Source: an uncultured Acidobacteriota bacterium (GTDB taxonomy: Bacteria > Acidobacteriota > Thermoanaerobaculia > UBA5066 > DATFVB01). Taken from it: a DNA stretch of 64,000 nt. A program made the position numbers and the translations under genes. The first letter of the stretch is position 1, and each line of letters starts with the position of its first letter. The stretch lies in NCBI GenBank assembly GCA_963813155.1, contig CAWEYG010000002.1:96001-160000 (forward strand), read 5' to 3'. Of the stretch, positions 39,441 through 49,447 are shown one piece after another. The notes under the pieces are model-generated. The model did not search any database. It had not been told where the DNA came from and saw only the letters and a list, made by a program, of their open reading frames with translations.

Positions 39441-40843
39441 CGGACCTCTGGCGAGGTGCTCCCCGCATCGCCCTTTCGACGTCCGCGATTTCGCGCGGCG
39501 CGCCGCAGGACAGGCATTCCATGCCGCCGGGCGTGACGAGCACGTCGTCCTCGATCCGCACGCCGATCCCCCGCCATTTCGGGTCGACGCCTTCCGCGTC
39601 GCCCGGAATGTAGATTCCCGGCTCGACGGTCAGCGCCATCCCGGGCGCGAGCTTCGTCTGCGCCATCGAGTACCGCTCGAGGCGCGGCGCGTCCGGGTTC
39701 GAAAAGCCGTAGCTGCCGACGTCGTGGACGTTCATTCCGAGCCAGTGAGACGACCCGTGCGGGTAGAACTTCGCGTAGGACCGTTTCTGGATGATCTCGG
39801 CGCGGTCGCCCTTCAGAACTCCGAGCTTCAGGAGCCCGTCGACGACGACATCGACGGTCGCGTCGTGCACCTCGTGGAACGCGGCGCCGGGCCGGACGCG
39901 GGCGAATCCCGCTTTCTGCGCTTCGAGCACGATCTGATAGATCGCCCTCTGCTCCGGAGAGAAGGAGCCGGAGACCGGATACGTCCGGGTCACGTCGGCC
40001 GCGTACATCTGGTACTCGCACGCCGAGTCGTTGACGATCACGTCGCCGGCGTTCATCCGCCGTTCGTTCTTCTCGTAGTGGAGGATCACGGAGTTGGGGC
40101 CCGAGGCCACGATCGGCGGATACGCGTTTCGCGCGGCGCCGCCCGACGTGCACACGTTTTCGAACGCCGCCTGGACGGCGTACTCGGGCGCTCCGGGCCG
40201 GGCCGCCCGCATCGCCGCGAGGTGAGCGCCGACGGAGAGCTCCGCGGCCCGCCGGAGGAACGCCTGCTCCGCAGGGTCTTTGACGAGGCGAGCCTGGTGG
40301 AGCACGGGCCCCACGTCGGCGGCGGGGCGAAGCTCGGTCGACTGAGCGTCCCGAGCGCGCCACTGAGCCAGGAGCCGCTCGCGGAACGGCTGTGTCGCCG
40401 CCGTCGCCGTAGCAGAGCGTCCGCGCCGCGCTCGTGAGCTTCGGCAGTTCCTTCCAGAAGTCGTCGACGGGATACGCCTCCTCCGCGCCGAAGTCCTTCT
40501 TCGCGCCGTCGACCCCCGCGCGCCAGCCGGTCCACTGCTCCTGCGCGAAGTCGCGCGGACGGACGAAAAGCAGGTAGCGCTTTCCGGGGGCCGCGCCCGG
40601 AACGAAGACCGCGACGGCATCCGGCTCGGTGAGCCCGGTCAGGTACCAGAAGTCAGAGCTCTGCCGGTAGAGAACGTCCACCTCCTCCGAACCGGACGGG
40701 GCGGCGTGAAGGACCGCGATCGACCCGGCCGGAAGCCGGGAGAGGAATGCGTCCCGGTGCGCCGCGAAGAACTCGGGCCCCGGCGCTGCGACGGGAGGGG
40801 GCGCGCCGGCCGCGAGGGCGAGTACGAGACCGAGTCCGAGCAT
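39433..40843 (-). CDS. Secreted Xaa-Pro aminopeptidase (M24B; apparent +1 frameshift near 40389)
   Basis: Signal peptide, YRQSSDFWYLTG, NSVILHY, YAADVTRT, HGSSHWLGMNVHDVG, TVEPGIY, GVRIEDDVLVT. Confidence 0.88.
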
Positions 40844-40866
40844 CACTTATCCTCCGCTTTCTTCCG

Positions 40867-41799
40867 CTAGCCGAGCTTTCCCAGGTCCTCCGCCTTCCCG
40901 ATCGAGACGACGGAGACTTCTTTGCGAATGCGTTTCACGAGCCCGGCCAGCACGCCGCCCGGGCCGAGCTCGAGCGCGGACGTCGCCCCCATCGCGGCGA
41001 TCTTCTCGATCGATTCGACCCAGCGCACGGCCGAGGCGACCTGCCGCCCGAGCGCCGCGCGGATCTCGCCCGAGTTCGCCGCCGGCGCGGCGTCGACGTT
41101 CGTGACGACCGGAAACCGCGGGTCGGCGATCGCGAGATCGTCGAGCTTCGGCGCAAGCCTGTCCGCCGCGGGCTGCATCAGCGCGCAGTGGAACGGGGCC
41201 GAGACGGAAAGCGGCATGACCTTGCGCGCGCCGCGCTGCCGGCACAGGTCGGACGCGTTCGCGACCCCCTCGGCGTGGCCGGCGATGACGGTCTGCTCCG
41301 GAGAATTGAAGTTCGCGGGCGAGACGATTTTCCCCGTCGCGAGCGCAGCCTCTTCGCAGGCGGACGCGACGAGGCCGGGAGCGAGCCCGAGGACGGCCGC
41401 CATCGCGCCGACGCCTTCGGGCACCGCCTCCTGCATGAATTGCCCGCGCTCGTGGACGATGCGAACGGCGTCTGAAAAGGCGAACGCCCCCGCGGCAACG
41501 CCCGCCGAATATTCGCCGAGAGAATGGCCCGCGGCGGCGACGACGTCCGAAAGCGCGTTCAAATGCCTCGCCCGGACGGTCTCGAGGACGGCGATCGAAT
41601 GCGTCAGGATCGCGGGCTGCGTGTTCGCCGTGCGACGCAGCTCGTCCTCCGGACCCTCGAAGCAGATCTTCGAGATCGAATACCCGAGCGCGGAGTCCGC
41701 CTCGTCGAACACTTTCTTCGCTTCCGGAAAGGCGTCGCACAGATCCTTGCCCATCCCGACGTACTGCGAACCCTGGCCGGGGAAAAGAAGAGCGATCAT
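40867..41799 (-). CDS. fabD: Malonyl CoA-ACP transacylase
   Basis: LFPGQGSQ, TQPAIL, GHSLGEYS, ANFNSP, VSAPFHC. Confidence 0.97.
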   Translation of the reverse strand: MIALLFPGQGSQYVGMGKDLCDAFPEAKKVFDEADSALGYSISKICFEGPEDELRRTANTQPAILTHSIAVLETVRARHLNALSDVVAAAGHSLGEYSAGVAAGAFAFSDAVRIVHERGQFMQEAVPEGVGAMAAVLGLAPGLVASACEEAALATGKIVSPANFNSPEQTVIAGHAEGVANASDLCRQRGARKVMPLSVSAPFHCALMQPAADRLAPKLDDLAIADPRFPVVTNVDAAPAANSGEIRAALGRQVASAVRWVESIEKIAAMGATSALELGPGGVLAGLVKRIRKEVSVVSIGKAEDLGKLG

Positions 41800-42782
41800 T
41801 ACCAGCGCAGCAGCGCGGCGCCCCACGTGAGGCCGGCGCCGAACGCGGTCAGCAGCACGAGGTCGCCGGTCTTCACGAGCTTGCGGTCGACGCACTCGTC
41901 GAGCGCGATCGGAATGGACGCGGCCGACGTGTTTCCGTAGTGCTCGATGTTCTTGTACACCTTGGTCTTGTCGATCTTCAGCTGCTTGCCGACGGCGTCG
42001 ATGATCCGCTCGTTGGCCTGGTGCGGAATGAAAAGCTGGATGTCCTCGTGCGTGAAGCCCTGTTCCTCGAGAACCTCCTCGGAGACGTCCGCCATCGCGC
42101 GGACCGCGATCTTGAACGTCTCGTTGCCCTTCATCTTGATGAACGGCAGGCGCTCTTCGATCGACTTCGCGTCGTTGGCGGGCCGGGACGAACCGCCCCC
42201 CGGCATGCAGATGAAATCCCCGAACTCGCCGTTGGATTTCATCGACGTTCCCAGAATGCCGTGGTCGCCGCGCGTGGCCTGGAGCACGACGGCTCCGGCG
42301 CCGTCGCCGAAGAGCACGCACGTTCCACGATCTGTCCAGTCGACGTAGCGCGACAGGATTTCGCCGCCGACGAGGAGCACGGTTTCCGCTTTGCCCGATT
42401 GGATGAGGCCGTCGGCCAGGTGCATGCCGTAGAGAAAGCCGGTGCAGGCGGCCGAGAGGTCCGACGCCGCGGCTTTTTTCGCCCCGATGTTCTGCTGCAC
42501 GAGACACGCCGTCGAGGGGAACAGCATGTCGGAGGACACGGTTCCCACCAGGACCATGTCGACCTCCGACGCCGCGACGCCGGAACTTTCTAGAGCTTTC
42601 GCCGCGGCAGCCGTCGCGAGGTCCGAGAATTTCTGGCCCGGCTCGACGATGTGGCGCTCCTTGATGCCGGTCCGGGTCGTGATCCAGTCGTCGGAGGTCT
42701 CGACGATTTTCTCCAGATCCGCGTTCGTGAGGAGTTTGTCGGGGACGCACGATCCCGTGCCGATGATTTTCGCTCGAAGCAT
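41799..42782 (-). CDS. fabH: 3-oxoacyl-ACP synthase III
   Basis: TSDDWITTRTGI, AACTGF, FGDGAGA, PHQAN, YGNTSAAS, FGAGLTWG. Confidence 0.97.
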   Translation of the reverse strand: MLRAKIIGTGSCVPDKLLTNADLEKIVETSDDWITTRTGIKERHIVEPGQKFSDLATAAAAKALESSGVAASEVDMVLVGTVSSDMLFPSTACLVQQNIGAKKAAASDLSAACTGFLYGMHLADGLIQSGKAETVLLVGGEILSRYVDWTDRGTCVLFGDGAGAVVLQATRGDHGILGTSMKSNGEFGDFICMPGGGSSRPANDAKSIEERLPFIKMKGNETFKIAVRAMADVSEEVLEEQGFTHEDIQLFIPHQANERIIDAVGKQLKIDKTKVYKNIEHYGNTSAASIPIALDECVDRKLVKTGDLVLLTAFGAGLTWGAALLRW

Positions 42783-42797
42783 TCTTCCTCCAGCGCC

Positions 42798-43820
42798 TCA
42801 GCGCGAGAGCATCGTCTTTTCCTTGACGTGCAGTTCCGCGATCGACTCCTGGATCCTCTCCGACAGCCGCTTCCGGGAAAACTCGCCGGCCATCCGAATC
42901 GCGTTCTTGACCGCCTTCGCCGAAGACCGCCCGTGCCCGATGATGCAGCACTTCTTGAGCCCCAGCAGCGGCGCGCCGCCGTATTCGGAGTAGTCGATCC
43001 GGGCCTTGAACGCGCGAAACGCGGATTTCGAGAGAAGAAACCCGACCGAGGCCCTGACCGACCTCGTGATTTCTTCCCGAAGCGACTTTTCGATCATCTC
43101 GCCAAGAGACTCCGACGCCTTGAGAAGCACGTTCCCGGTGAAGCCGTCGGTCACGATGACGTCGCAGCGCCCGTTGAAAACGTCGCTTCCCTCGACGTTT
43201 CCGACGAAGTTCAGGCCCGTCTCCTTCAGGACCTTGAAGGCTTCCTTCGTGCGGTCCGTTCCCTTCGTGTCTTCCTCGCCGATCGACATGAGACCGATCC
43301 GGGGTTTTTCGATCCCGAACAGGAGCTGCGCGTAGAGGTGCCCCATGACCGCGAACTCGCGGAAGTGCTGGTTCTTGCATTCGAGGTTCGCTCCGACGTC
43401 CAGGAGCATGCAGAACCCGGAAACGCTCGGCACGATCGCCGCGAGAGCGGGCCGGTCGACGCCTTCGATCGTCCCGATCACCATTTTTGCGGAAACCATG
43501 GCCGCCCCGGTGTGTCCGGCCGAGACCAGCCCGTCGGCCCGTCCCTCGCGCACAAGGTTGGCCGCGACCCGGATCGAAGAATTCCTTTTCTGCCGAATCG
43601 GCGCCGTGGCCGCGTCGCTCATCTCGATGACGTCGGGAGCCTCCACGATCTCGATCTCGGGCGGAACGGATCCGTTTCGCTTCTTCAGGAGCGCTTCCAC
43701 CGGCGCCGTCTTGCCGACGAGGATCGTCGACAAACCGAACTCGCGGAGCGCGGCGAGAGCGCCGTCCACCGTGACTTCGGGCGCATGGTCCCCTCCCATG
43801 GCATCTACCGCAATCTTCAT
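42798..43820 (-). CDS. plsX: Phosphate acyltransferase PlsX
   Basis: IAVDAMGGDHAP, LLDVGAN, GNVEG, DGFTGN, GGAPLLGL, GHGRS. Confidence 0.97.
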   Translation of the reverse strand: MKIAVDAMGGDHAPEVTVDGALAALREFGLSTILVGKTAPVEALLKKRNGSVPPEIEIVEAPDVIEMSDAATAPIRQKRNSSIRVAANLVREGRADGLVSAGHTGAAMVSAKMVIGTIEGVDRPALAAIVPSVSGFCMLLDVGANLECKNQHFREFAVMGHLYAQLLFGIEKPRIGLMSIGEEDTKGTDRTKEAFKVLKETGLNFVGNVEGSDVFNGRCDVIVTDGFTGNVLLKASESLGEMIEKSLREEITRSVRASVGFLLSKSAFRAFKARIDYSEYGGAPLLGLKKCCIIGHGRSSAKAVKNAIRMAGEFSRKRLSERIQESIAELHVKEKTMLSR

Positions 43821-43848
43821 GAGATACCCGGGTTCTCCGGGAGGGCCA

Positions 43849-44031
43849 TTATACGTGCTTGATGTCGATGACTTCCTTGCCCTTGTAATGCCCGCAGTGG
43901 GGACAGACCCGGTGAGGCATCTTGGGCTCGTGACAGTTCGGGCACTCGGAGAGCGACGGAGCCGTCAGAAAATCGTGGGCTCGCCGTTTGTCGCGGCGAG
44001 CCTTGCTGTGGCGGTGTTTGGGATTCGGCAT
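43849..44031 (-). CDS. rpmF: 50S ribosomal protein L32
   Basis: [19 protein letters not shown]...CPNC...[13 protein letters not shown]. Confidence 0.96.
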   Translation of the reverse strand: MPNPKHRHSKARRDKRRAHDFLTAPSLSECPNCHEPKMPHRVCPHCGHYKGKEVIDIKHV

Positions 44032-44048
44032 CGTGACCTCTCTTGCAG

Positions 44049-44612
44049 TTACTTGAAATTCTTCAGGACTTCGAGCCTGGGGTCGCCCGCCTTCTCGGCG
44101 CACGCGCACGTTCCCATGTTCAAATCCGTCCCGCAGCTCGGACACAGTCCCCGGCAGGCCTCCCGGCAGAGCGGCTTCATCGGGAGCGCGATCAAGACCT
44201 GCTCCCGCGCGATCTCTTCCAGCGGAAGCACCGGTTCGTCGAAAAACACCACGTCGAGATCGTCGCCGGAAATCTCGACTTCCTCTTCCGGCGCCGCGGC
44301 GGCGCGGCCCGGGCGCGCCGGCTTCGCCTCGGACGGCGGCGCGGGGCGCTTGCGGAGCCGCAGCCGGACCGGAAGGCTCTGCTCGAACGGGTACGCCGCG
44401 AGACAGCGGCCGCATTCGAGCTCTCCGGAATAGGAGAGGTCCGCATCGAGGAGGTACTCGTCGTCGACGGCTGTCACCTCGCCCGACATCGAGATCGGCG
44501 AAAGGGAAACCAGGGGCTCTCCGACGATCTCGACCGGCAGGGTCAGGACCTCGTCGGAGAACTGAAACGGCGCCTCTTTCGCGCCCTCGAGTTGAATTCG
44601 CGGACCGCTCAT
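44049..44612 (-). CDS. yceD: YceD/DUF177 family protein
   Basis: [32 protein letters not shown]. Lies directly upstream of rpmF. Confidence 0.9.
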   Translation of the reverse strand: MSGPRIQLEGAKEAPFQFSDEVLTLPVEIVGEPLVSLSPISMSGEVTAVDDEYLLDADLSYSGELECGRCLAAYPFEQSLPVRLRLRKRPAPPSEAKPARPGRAAAAPEEEVEISGDDLDVVFFDEPVLPLEEIAREQVLIALPMKPLCREACRGLCPSCGTDLNMGTCACAEKAGDPRLEVLKNFK

Positions 44613-44693
44613 TGGAACTGCCAAAGATAAGAAAACTCGGCCGAAGTGTCAAATCGAGGGGGTTCGGCGGCCCGCGGACTAGAATGCCCCCGA

Positions 44694-45806
44694 ATGAGGG
44701 TTGGAATCGACGCGCGCGCTCTCCTGACCCAGAGAACCGGAATCGGCGTGTACACGGAGAACATCGCCCGGAATCTCGCGGGCCGCGAGGGAATGGAAAT
44801 CGACCTGTTTACGCCGCGGGAGGTGACTCCGAGACCCGACTTCCCGCAGGGCGTCCGGTTCGTGCCCGACGCACACAAGTTCGGAACTGTCTGGATCCAA
44901 ACGCACCTTCCGCGCCGCCTCGACGAGGCCCGTTCCGAGGTGCTGCTCGCGGCGCTCACGATCTCTCCGGCACGAGTCTCCGTTCCGGCCGTGTCCGTCG
45001 TCCACGACCTGACTCCCCTGTCGCATCCCGAGTGGCATCGGAAAAAGGTCGTCGTCGCATTCCTGCCCTGGATCGAGCGAACGCTCGACCGGGCGGCACG
45101 GGTCATCGCGGTTTCGGAAGCGACCGCGCAGGACCTGAGAGAGCGATTTCCCGAGGTTTCCGGAAAAATCACGGTCGTCCCCCACGGCGTGCAGCCGACC
45201 TTTCGCCCGCCGGCGGACCCGGCCGAGGCGGACGCAACGCGGGCCGAGTACGCCCGCTCGCGGAAGTACATCCTCTATCTCGGGACGCTCGAGCCTCGAA
45301 AAAACCTCCTGCGGCTCGTCTCCGCGTGCGAGCGCCTCTGGCGCGAAAAGCGCTCGCGCCCCGATCTCCTGCTGGCGGGCGGCGCCGGCTGGCGCTCCGC
45401 TCCGCTGCTCGAGAGAATCGCGCGGTCGCCGTTTCGGGACAAGATCCACCGGGTCGGCTACGTCGATCCCGACGACGCCCCGCGGCTGTATCGGGCCGCG
45501 GAAGTCTTCTGCTATCCGTCGATCGAGGAGGGGTTCGGGCTTCCCGTTCTCGAGGCGATGGCGTGCGGCGTTCCGGTCGTCGTCTCCACGGCCGCGGCCC
45601 TGCAGGAGACCGCCGGCGGCGCCGCGCTCTCGGCGCCCGCCGACGACGACGCGCTCCTCGCCGAGGCGATCGCCCGCGTGCTCGAGGAGCCGAATCTCCG
45701 ACAGGATCGGGTCGCGCGCGGCCTCGCGCGAGCGGCGAAGTTTCGCTGGGAGGACAGCGCCCGCCGGACGGCGGAGGTGCTGCGGCTCGCGTGCGGCGAA
45801 CGGTGA
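44694..45806 (+). CDS. GT4 family glycosyltransferase
   Basis: [32 protein letters not shown]. Confidence 0.92.
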   Translation: MRVGIDARALLTQRTGIGVYTENIARNLAGREGMEIDLFTPREVTPRPDFPQGVRFVPDAHKFGTVWIQTHLPRRLDEARSEVLLAALTISPARVSVPAVSVVHDLTPLSHPEWHRKKVVVAFLPWIERTLDRAARVIAVSEATAQDLRERFPEVSGKITVVPHGVQPTFRPPADPAEADATRAEYARSRKYILYLGTLEPRKNLLRLVSACERLWREKRSRPDLLLAGGAGWRSAPLLERIARSPFRDKIHRVGYVDPDDAPRLYRAAEVFCYPSIEEGFGLPVLEAMACGVPVVVSTAAALQETAGGAALSAPADDDALLAEAIARVLEEPNLRQDRVARGLARAAKFRWEDSARRTAEVLRLACGER

Positions 45807-46936
45807 GCGACCGGAAACCGGAAATCGGCCTCGACGCGAGAAAGGCGAAGGATTTCGGGATCGGAACTTACACGCGCGAGCTCGTCGCCGCGATCGCCGA
45901 GAGCAAGGAGGCCGAAGATTTTCGCTTCGTCCTGTTCATCCGCGGTGAGGACCGCGAGCTCTTTTCCGGGTTGCCGGGAAATTTCTCGTTCGAGACCGCA
46001 AACTTCCCCGGGTACTCGCTCTCCGAGCTGACGTCCTTTGCGCGGCTCGTGAGGCGCCGCCGTCTCGCGCTCTTCCACGCGCTTCACTACGTGCTTCCGC
46101 CGTTCCTCGCGACAAGGTCTGTCGTGACGGTCCACGACCTGATCCATCTCGACCCGAGACTCTCGAGTCGGTCGTGGGCGTACCCGTACGCCCGTTTCAT
46201 GCTCGGGAGCTCGCTCTCACGGGCGCGCGCCGTGATCACCGGATCGAACGCCTCGCGGCAAAGCATCGTCGAGCGCTTCCCCGCGGCCGCCGGAAAGATC
46301 GCGGTCGTGCCGCACGGGGTGGCGGAGGAATTCCGCCCCGGACCCGACCCGGAAGGTCTCGCCGGGCTTTCGCGAAGATACGACCTGCCGCAGCGCTACG
46401 CGCTTTTCCTCGGGGGAGACCGGCCGCACAAGAACCTCCTTCGCGTCCTCGAGGCATTCCTTCTCGCCGTGCGCGACGGCGACGGCCTCGGGCTCGTTCT
46501 CGCCGGACCCCTGCCGCGCGACGCGCGAGTCCGGAAGCTTCTCGCCGCGCCCGAGCTCTCCGGCCGGACGCGGATCCTCGGGGTCGTGCCGCAGAAGGAC
46601 CTTCCGGGGCTTTACCGCGGCGCCGTCGTCTTTCTCTGCCCGACGCTCGAGGAGGGGTTCGGACTTCCGGCGCTGGAGGCCATGGGTTCGGGAACTCCGG
46701 TCATTGCGTCCGCGATCCCGGTCTGGCGCGAGACGTGCGGAGACGCCGCTCTTCTCGTCGAGCCGCGGGATCCGCGCGCGATCGCCGCGGCCATCGCGCG
46801 GGTCGCGGGCTCTCCGGAGGAGCGGGTACGGCTTCGCGACCTCGGTCTGCAACGCGCCGCCCGGTTTTCGTGGCGGGAGACAGCGAAGAAGACGGCGGAG
46901 ATCTACGGAAAGGCCCTGCGGGAGGGGACGCGGTGA
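45803..46936 (+). CDS. GT4 family glycosyltransferase
   Basis: GTG start overlapping the upstream stop. DFGIGTY, TVHDLIH, PHKNL, EEGFGLPALEAMGSG. Confidence 0.92.
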   Translation: MSDRKPEIGLDARKAKDFGIGTYTRELVAAIAESKEAEDFRFVLFIRGEDRELFSGLPGNFSFETANFPGYSLSELTSFARLVRRRRLALFHALHYVLPPFLATRSVVTVHDLIHLDPRLSSRSWAYPYARFMLGSSLSRARAVITGSNASRQSIVERFPAAAGKIAVVPHGVAEEFRPGPDPEGLAGLSRRYDLPQRYALFLGGDRPHKNLLRVLEAFLLAVRDGDGLGLVLAGPLPRDARVRKLLAAPELSGRTRILGVVPQKDLPGLYRGAVVFLCPTLEEGFGLPALEAMGSGTPVIASAIPVWRETCGDAALLVEPRDPRAIAAAIARVAGSPEERVRLRDLGLQRAARFSWRETAKKTAEIYGKALREGTR

Positions 46937-48012
46937 GAACGGCCGTCGTGCACGACTGGCTGACGGGAATGCGAGGCGGCGAGCTCGTGCTCGAAGAGAT
47001 TCTCTCGCTCGTGCCCGAGCCGACGATTTTCACGCTGTTCCATTTTCCCGGAACGGTCTCCCGAAAGATCGAATCGTTCCCGATCGTCACGTCGTTCCTG
47101 CAGAAGCTGCCCGTCGGGCCGTCGAACTACCGAAACTTTCTGCCGCTGTTTCCGCGCGCCGTCGAATCGTTCGACCTCTCCGGGTACGACCTCGTCGTTT
47201 CCTCGTCGCACTGCGTCGCGAAGGGCGCGCGCAGCGGCCGCGCTCCCCACTTGTGCTACTGCTACACACCGGTTCGCTATGCCTACGACCAGTTCGACGC
47301 GTATTTCCACCGGGGAGAGACGCGCCTGTACGGGCTGAAGAAGCTTGCGATCGCGCGGCTCCGCCGCTGGGACGTGCGGACCGCGGCGCGCGTGGGCCGT
47401 TTCGTCGCGATCTCGTCCCGCGTCTCGCGCCGGATCGCCGACGCGTACGGACGCGAGTCCGCCGTGGTTTTCCCGCCCGTCGACCTGGATTTCTACACGC
47501 CGGGCGGGCAGGCCGACGGCGGGTACGCCCTCTGCGTGAACGCCCTCGTCCCGTACAAACGCCTCGACCGGGCGATCGAGTGGTCGAACCGGACGAAATT
47601 TCCCCTGCGAGTCGTCGGCTCGGGCCCCGAAGAGAAACGCCTCCGCGCTCTGGCGTCGAGCTCCGTTTCCTTCGAAAGAGGGCTTTCGAGAGAGGACTTG
47701 CGAGAACGCTACCGAAAATGTGCTTTTTTTCTCCAACCGGGCGAGGAAGACTTCGGCATCGCCTCGGTCGAGGCTCAGGCCTGCGGCCGCCCCGTCGTCG
47801 CCCTGGCCCGCGGAGGGGTTCTCGACGTCGTGACTTCCCCCGACCAGGGAGCTCTCTTCGAGTCCGACTCCGCGGACCAGATTTTGCGGGCGATTGACTC
47901 TCTGAGCCGCGTGGGCTTTAATTCCTCGGGCGCCCGAAAAAACGCGGAGCGCTTTTCGAAAGAACGGTTTCGCAGGGACTTCAGCCGGGAGCTTCAGGCG
48001 ACGACTTCATGA
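46933..48012 (+). CDS. GT4 family glycosyltransferase (mannosyltransferase-like)
   Basis: VVHDWLTGMRGGE, SSHCVAKG, LVPYKRLD, EEDFGIASVEAQACG. Confidence 0.92.
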   Translation: MRTAVVHDWLTGMRGGELVLEEILSLVPEPTIFTLFHFPGTVSRKIESFPIVTSFLQKLPVGPSNYRNFLPLFPRAVESFDLSGYDLVVSSSHCVAKGARSGRAPHLCYCYTPVRYAYDQFDAYFHRGETRLYGLKKLAIARLRRWDVRTAARVGRFVAISSRVSRRIADAYGRESAVVFPPVDLDFYTPGGQADGGYALCVNALVPYKRLDRAIEWSNRTKFPLRVVGSGPEEKRLRALASSSVSFERGLSREDLRERYRKCAFFLQPGEEDFGIASVEAQACGRPVVALARGGVLDVVTSPDQGALFESDSADQILRAIDSLSRVGFNSSGARKNAERFSKERFRRDFSRELQATTS

Positions 48013-49409
48013 TCAAGCAAAACGCCCGAAAGCAGGCCTCGCTTCTGATCGCCGCGGATCTCTTCGCGACGTTTCTCGCGCTCGCCGCCGCATGGTTCCT
48101 GCGATTCCAGTTTCAAATCGTCCCGGTCACCAAGGGCGTCCCGGAGTCGTCCGCGTACTGGCGCCTGCTGCCGATCCTCGCGATCCTCTGGCCGGTCGTG
48201 TACTCGTTCCACGGGTTGTATCGGCCGCGGCGGGGGCGCTCCCGCTCGGAAGAAGCGTTCGTGATCTTCAGCGCGACGGCGCTCGCCGTCGTTCTGCTCG
48301 CCGGCATCGCGACCTTCTACCGCGACTTTTCGTACTCGCGCCTCGTTCTGGTGATCTTCTTTCTCTGCGACGTCCCGTTCGTCGTGGCGGCGAGGCTCAT
48401 CGTGAGAGCCCGGTGGGAATCGAACTGGCGCCGCGGGATCGGCGTCAAGCGCGCGGTCATCGTCGGGGCGGGGCGGCTCGGCCGCTCCGTCGTCGATCGG
48501 CTCGTCGATCACCCGGAGGCCGGCATGAGCGCGCTCGCGCTGCTCGACGACGACGCGACGCTGCTCGGCCGCTCCTACCAGGGAGTTCAGATCGCGGGCC
48601 CGACGGCGGATTCCGCCTCGTGGATCTCGAGCGGGCGGGCGGACACGGTGTTTCTCGCGCTGCCGCTCGAGGCGCACCGCAAGACGCTCGACCTCGTTCG
48701 CGAGGCCGTGCGAGCCGGCGGCGAGGTGCGCGTCGTCCCCGATCTCCTCCAGCACATCACCTTCCGCGCCGGCCTCGAGGACTGGGACGGTCTTCCCGTC
48801 GTTCACCTGACCGAGACGCCCGTTTCCGGTTGGTCGGGAATGGTCAAGCGCGGGATCGACCTTCTTCTCGCGGCAGCAGGGCTGATCGTTCTCGCGCCGC
48901 TCCTTCCGCTGATCGCGCTTGCGATCAAGCTCTCCGGCCGCGGCCCGATTCTCTACTCGCAGGACCGGATGGGTCTCGACGGACGGTCCTTCCGCATGTG
49001 GAAGTTCCGCTCGATGAAAGTCGACGCCGAGGAAGAAACCGGCGCCGTGTGGGCCCGCGAAAACGATCCCCGCCGCACGGCCGTCGGGGCCTTCCTGCGC
49101 CGATGGTCGATCGACGAGCTGCCGCAGCTCTGGAACGTCCTGAAGGGCGAGATGTCGCTCGTCGGCCCGCGGCCCGAACGGCCGGAATTCGTCGCGGAAT
49201 TCAAGGAAAAGTTCCCCCAGTACATGCTTCGGCACCGGGTGCGTTCGGGCATGACCGGCTGGGCGCAGGTCCACGGCTGGCGCGGGAACACGAGCCTCGC
49301 CAAGCGCATCGAGTACGACCTTTTCTACATCGAAAACTGGAGCCTCGCCCTGGATGTCCGCATCCTCTGGATGACCCTCGTCCACGACCTGCGAGTCAAC
49401 GCGCACTGA
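48009..49409 (+). CDS. wcaJ: Undecaprenyl-phosphate glucose phosphotransferase (priming glycosyltransferase)
   Basis: N-terminal TMs, [52 protein letters not shown]. Confidence 0.88.
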   Translation: MIKQNARKQASLLIAADLFATFLALAAAWFLRFQFQIVPVTKGVPESSAYWRLLPILAILWPVVYSFHGLYRPRRGRSRSEEAFVIFSATALAVVLLAGIATFYRDFSYSRLVLVIFFLCDVPFVVAARLIVRARWESNWRRGIGVKRAVIVGAGRLGRSVVDRLVDHPEAGMSALALLDDDATLLGRSYQGVQIAGPTADSASWISSGRADTVFLALPLEAHRKTLDLVREAVRAGGEVRVVPDLLQHITFRAGLEDWDGLPVVHLTETPVSGWSGMVKRGIDLLLAAAGLIVLAPLLPLIALAIKLSGRGPILYSQDRMGLDGRSFRMWKFRSMKVDAEEETGAVWARENDPRRTAVGAFLRRWSIDELPQLWNVLKGEMSLVGPRPERPEFVAEFKEKFPQYMLRHRVRSGMTGWAQVHGWRGNTSLAKRIEYDLFYIENWSLALDVRILWMTLVHDLRVNAH

Positions 49410-49447
49410 CCGGGTTTACAATGGCTCCCAAAGACAAAGGGGGGCCC

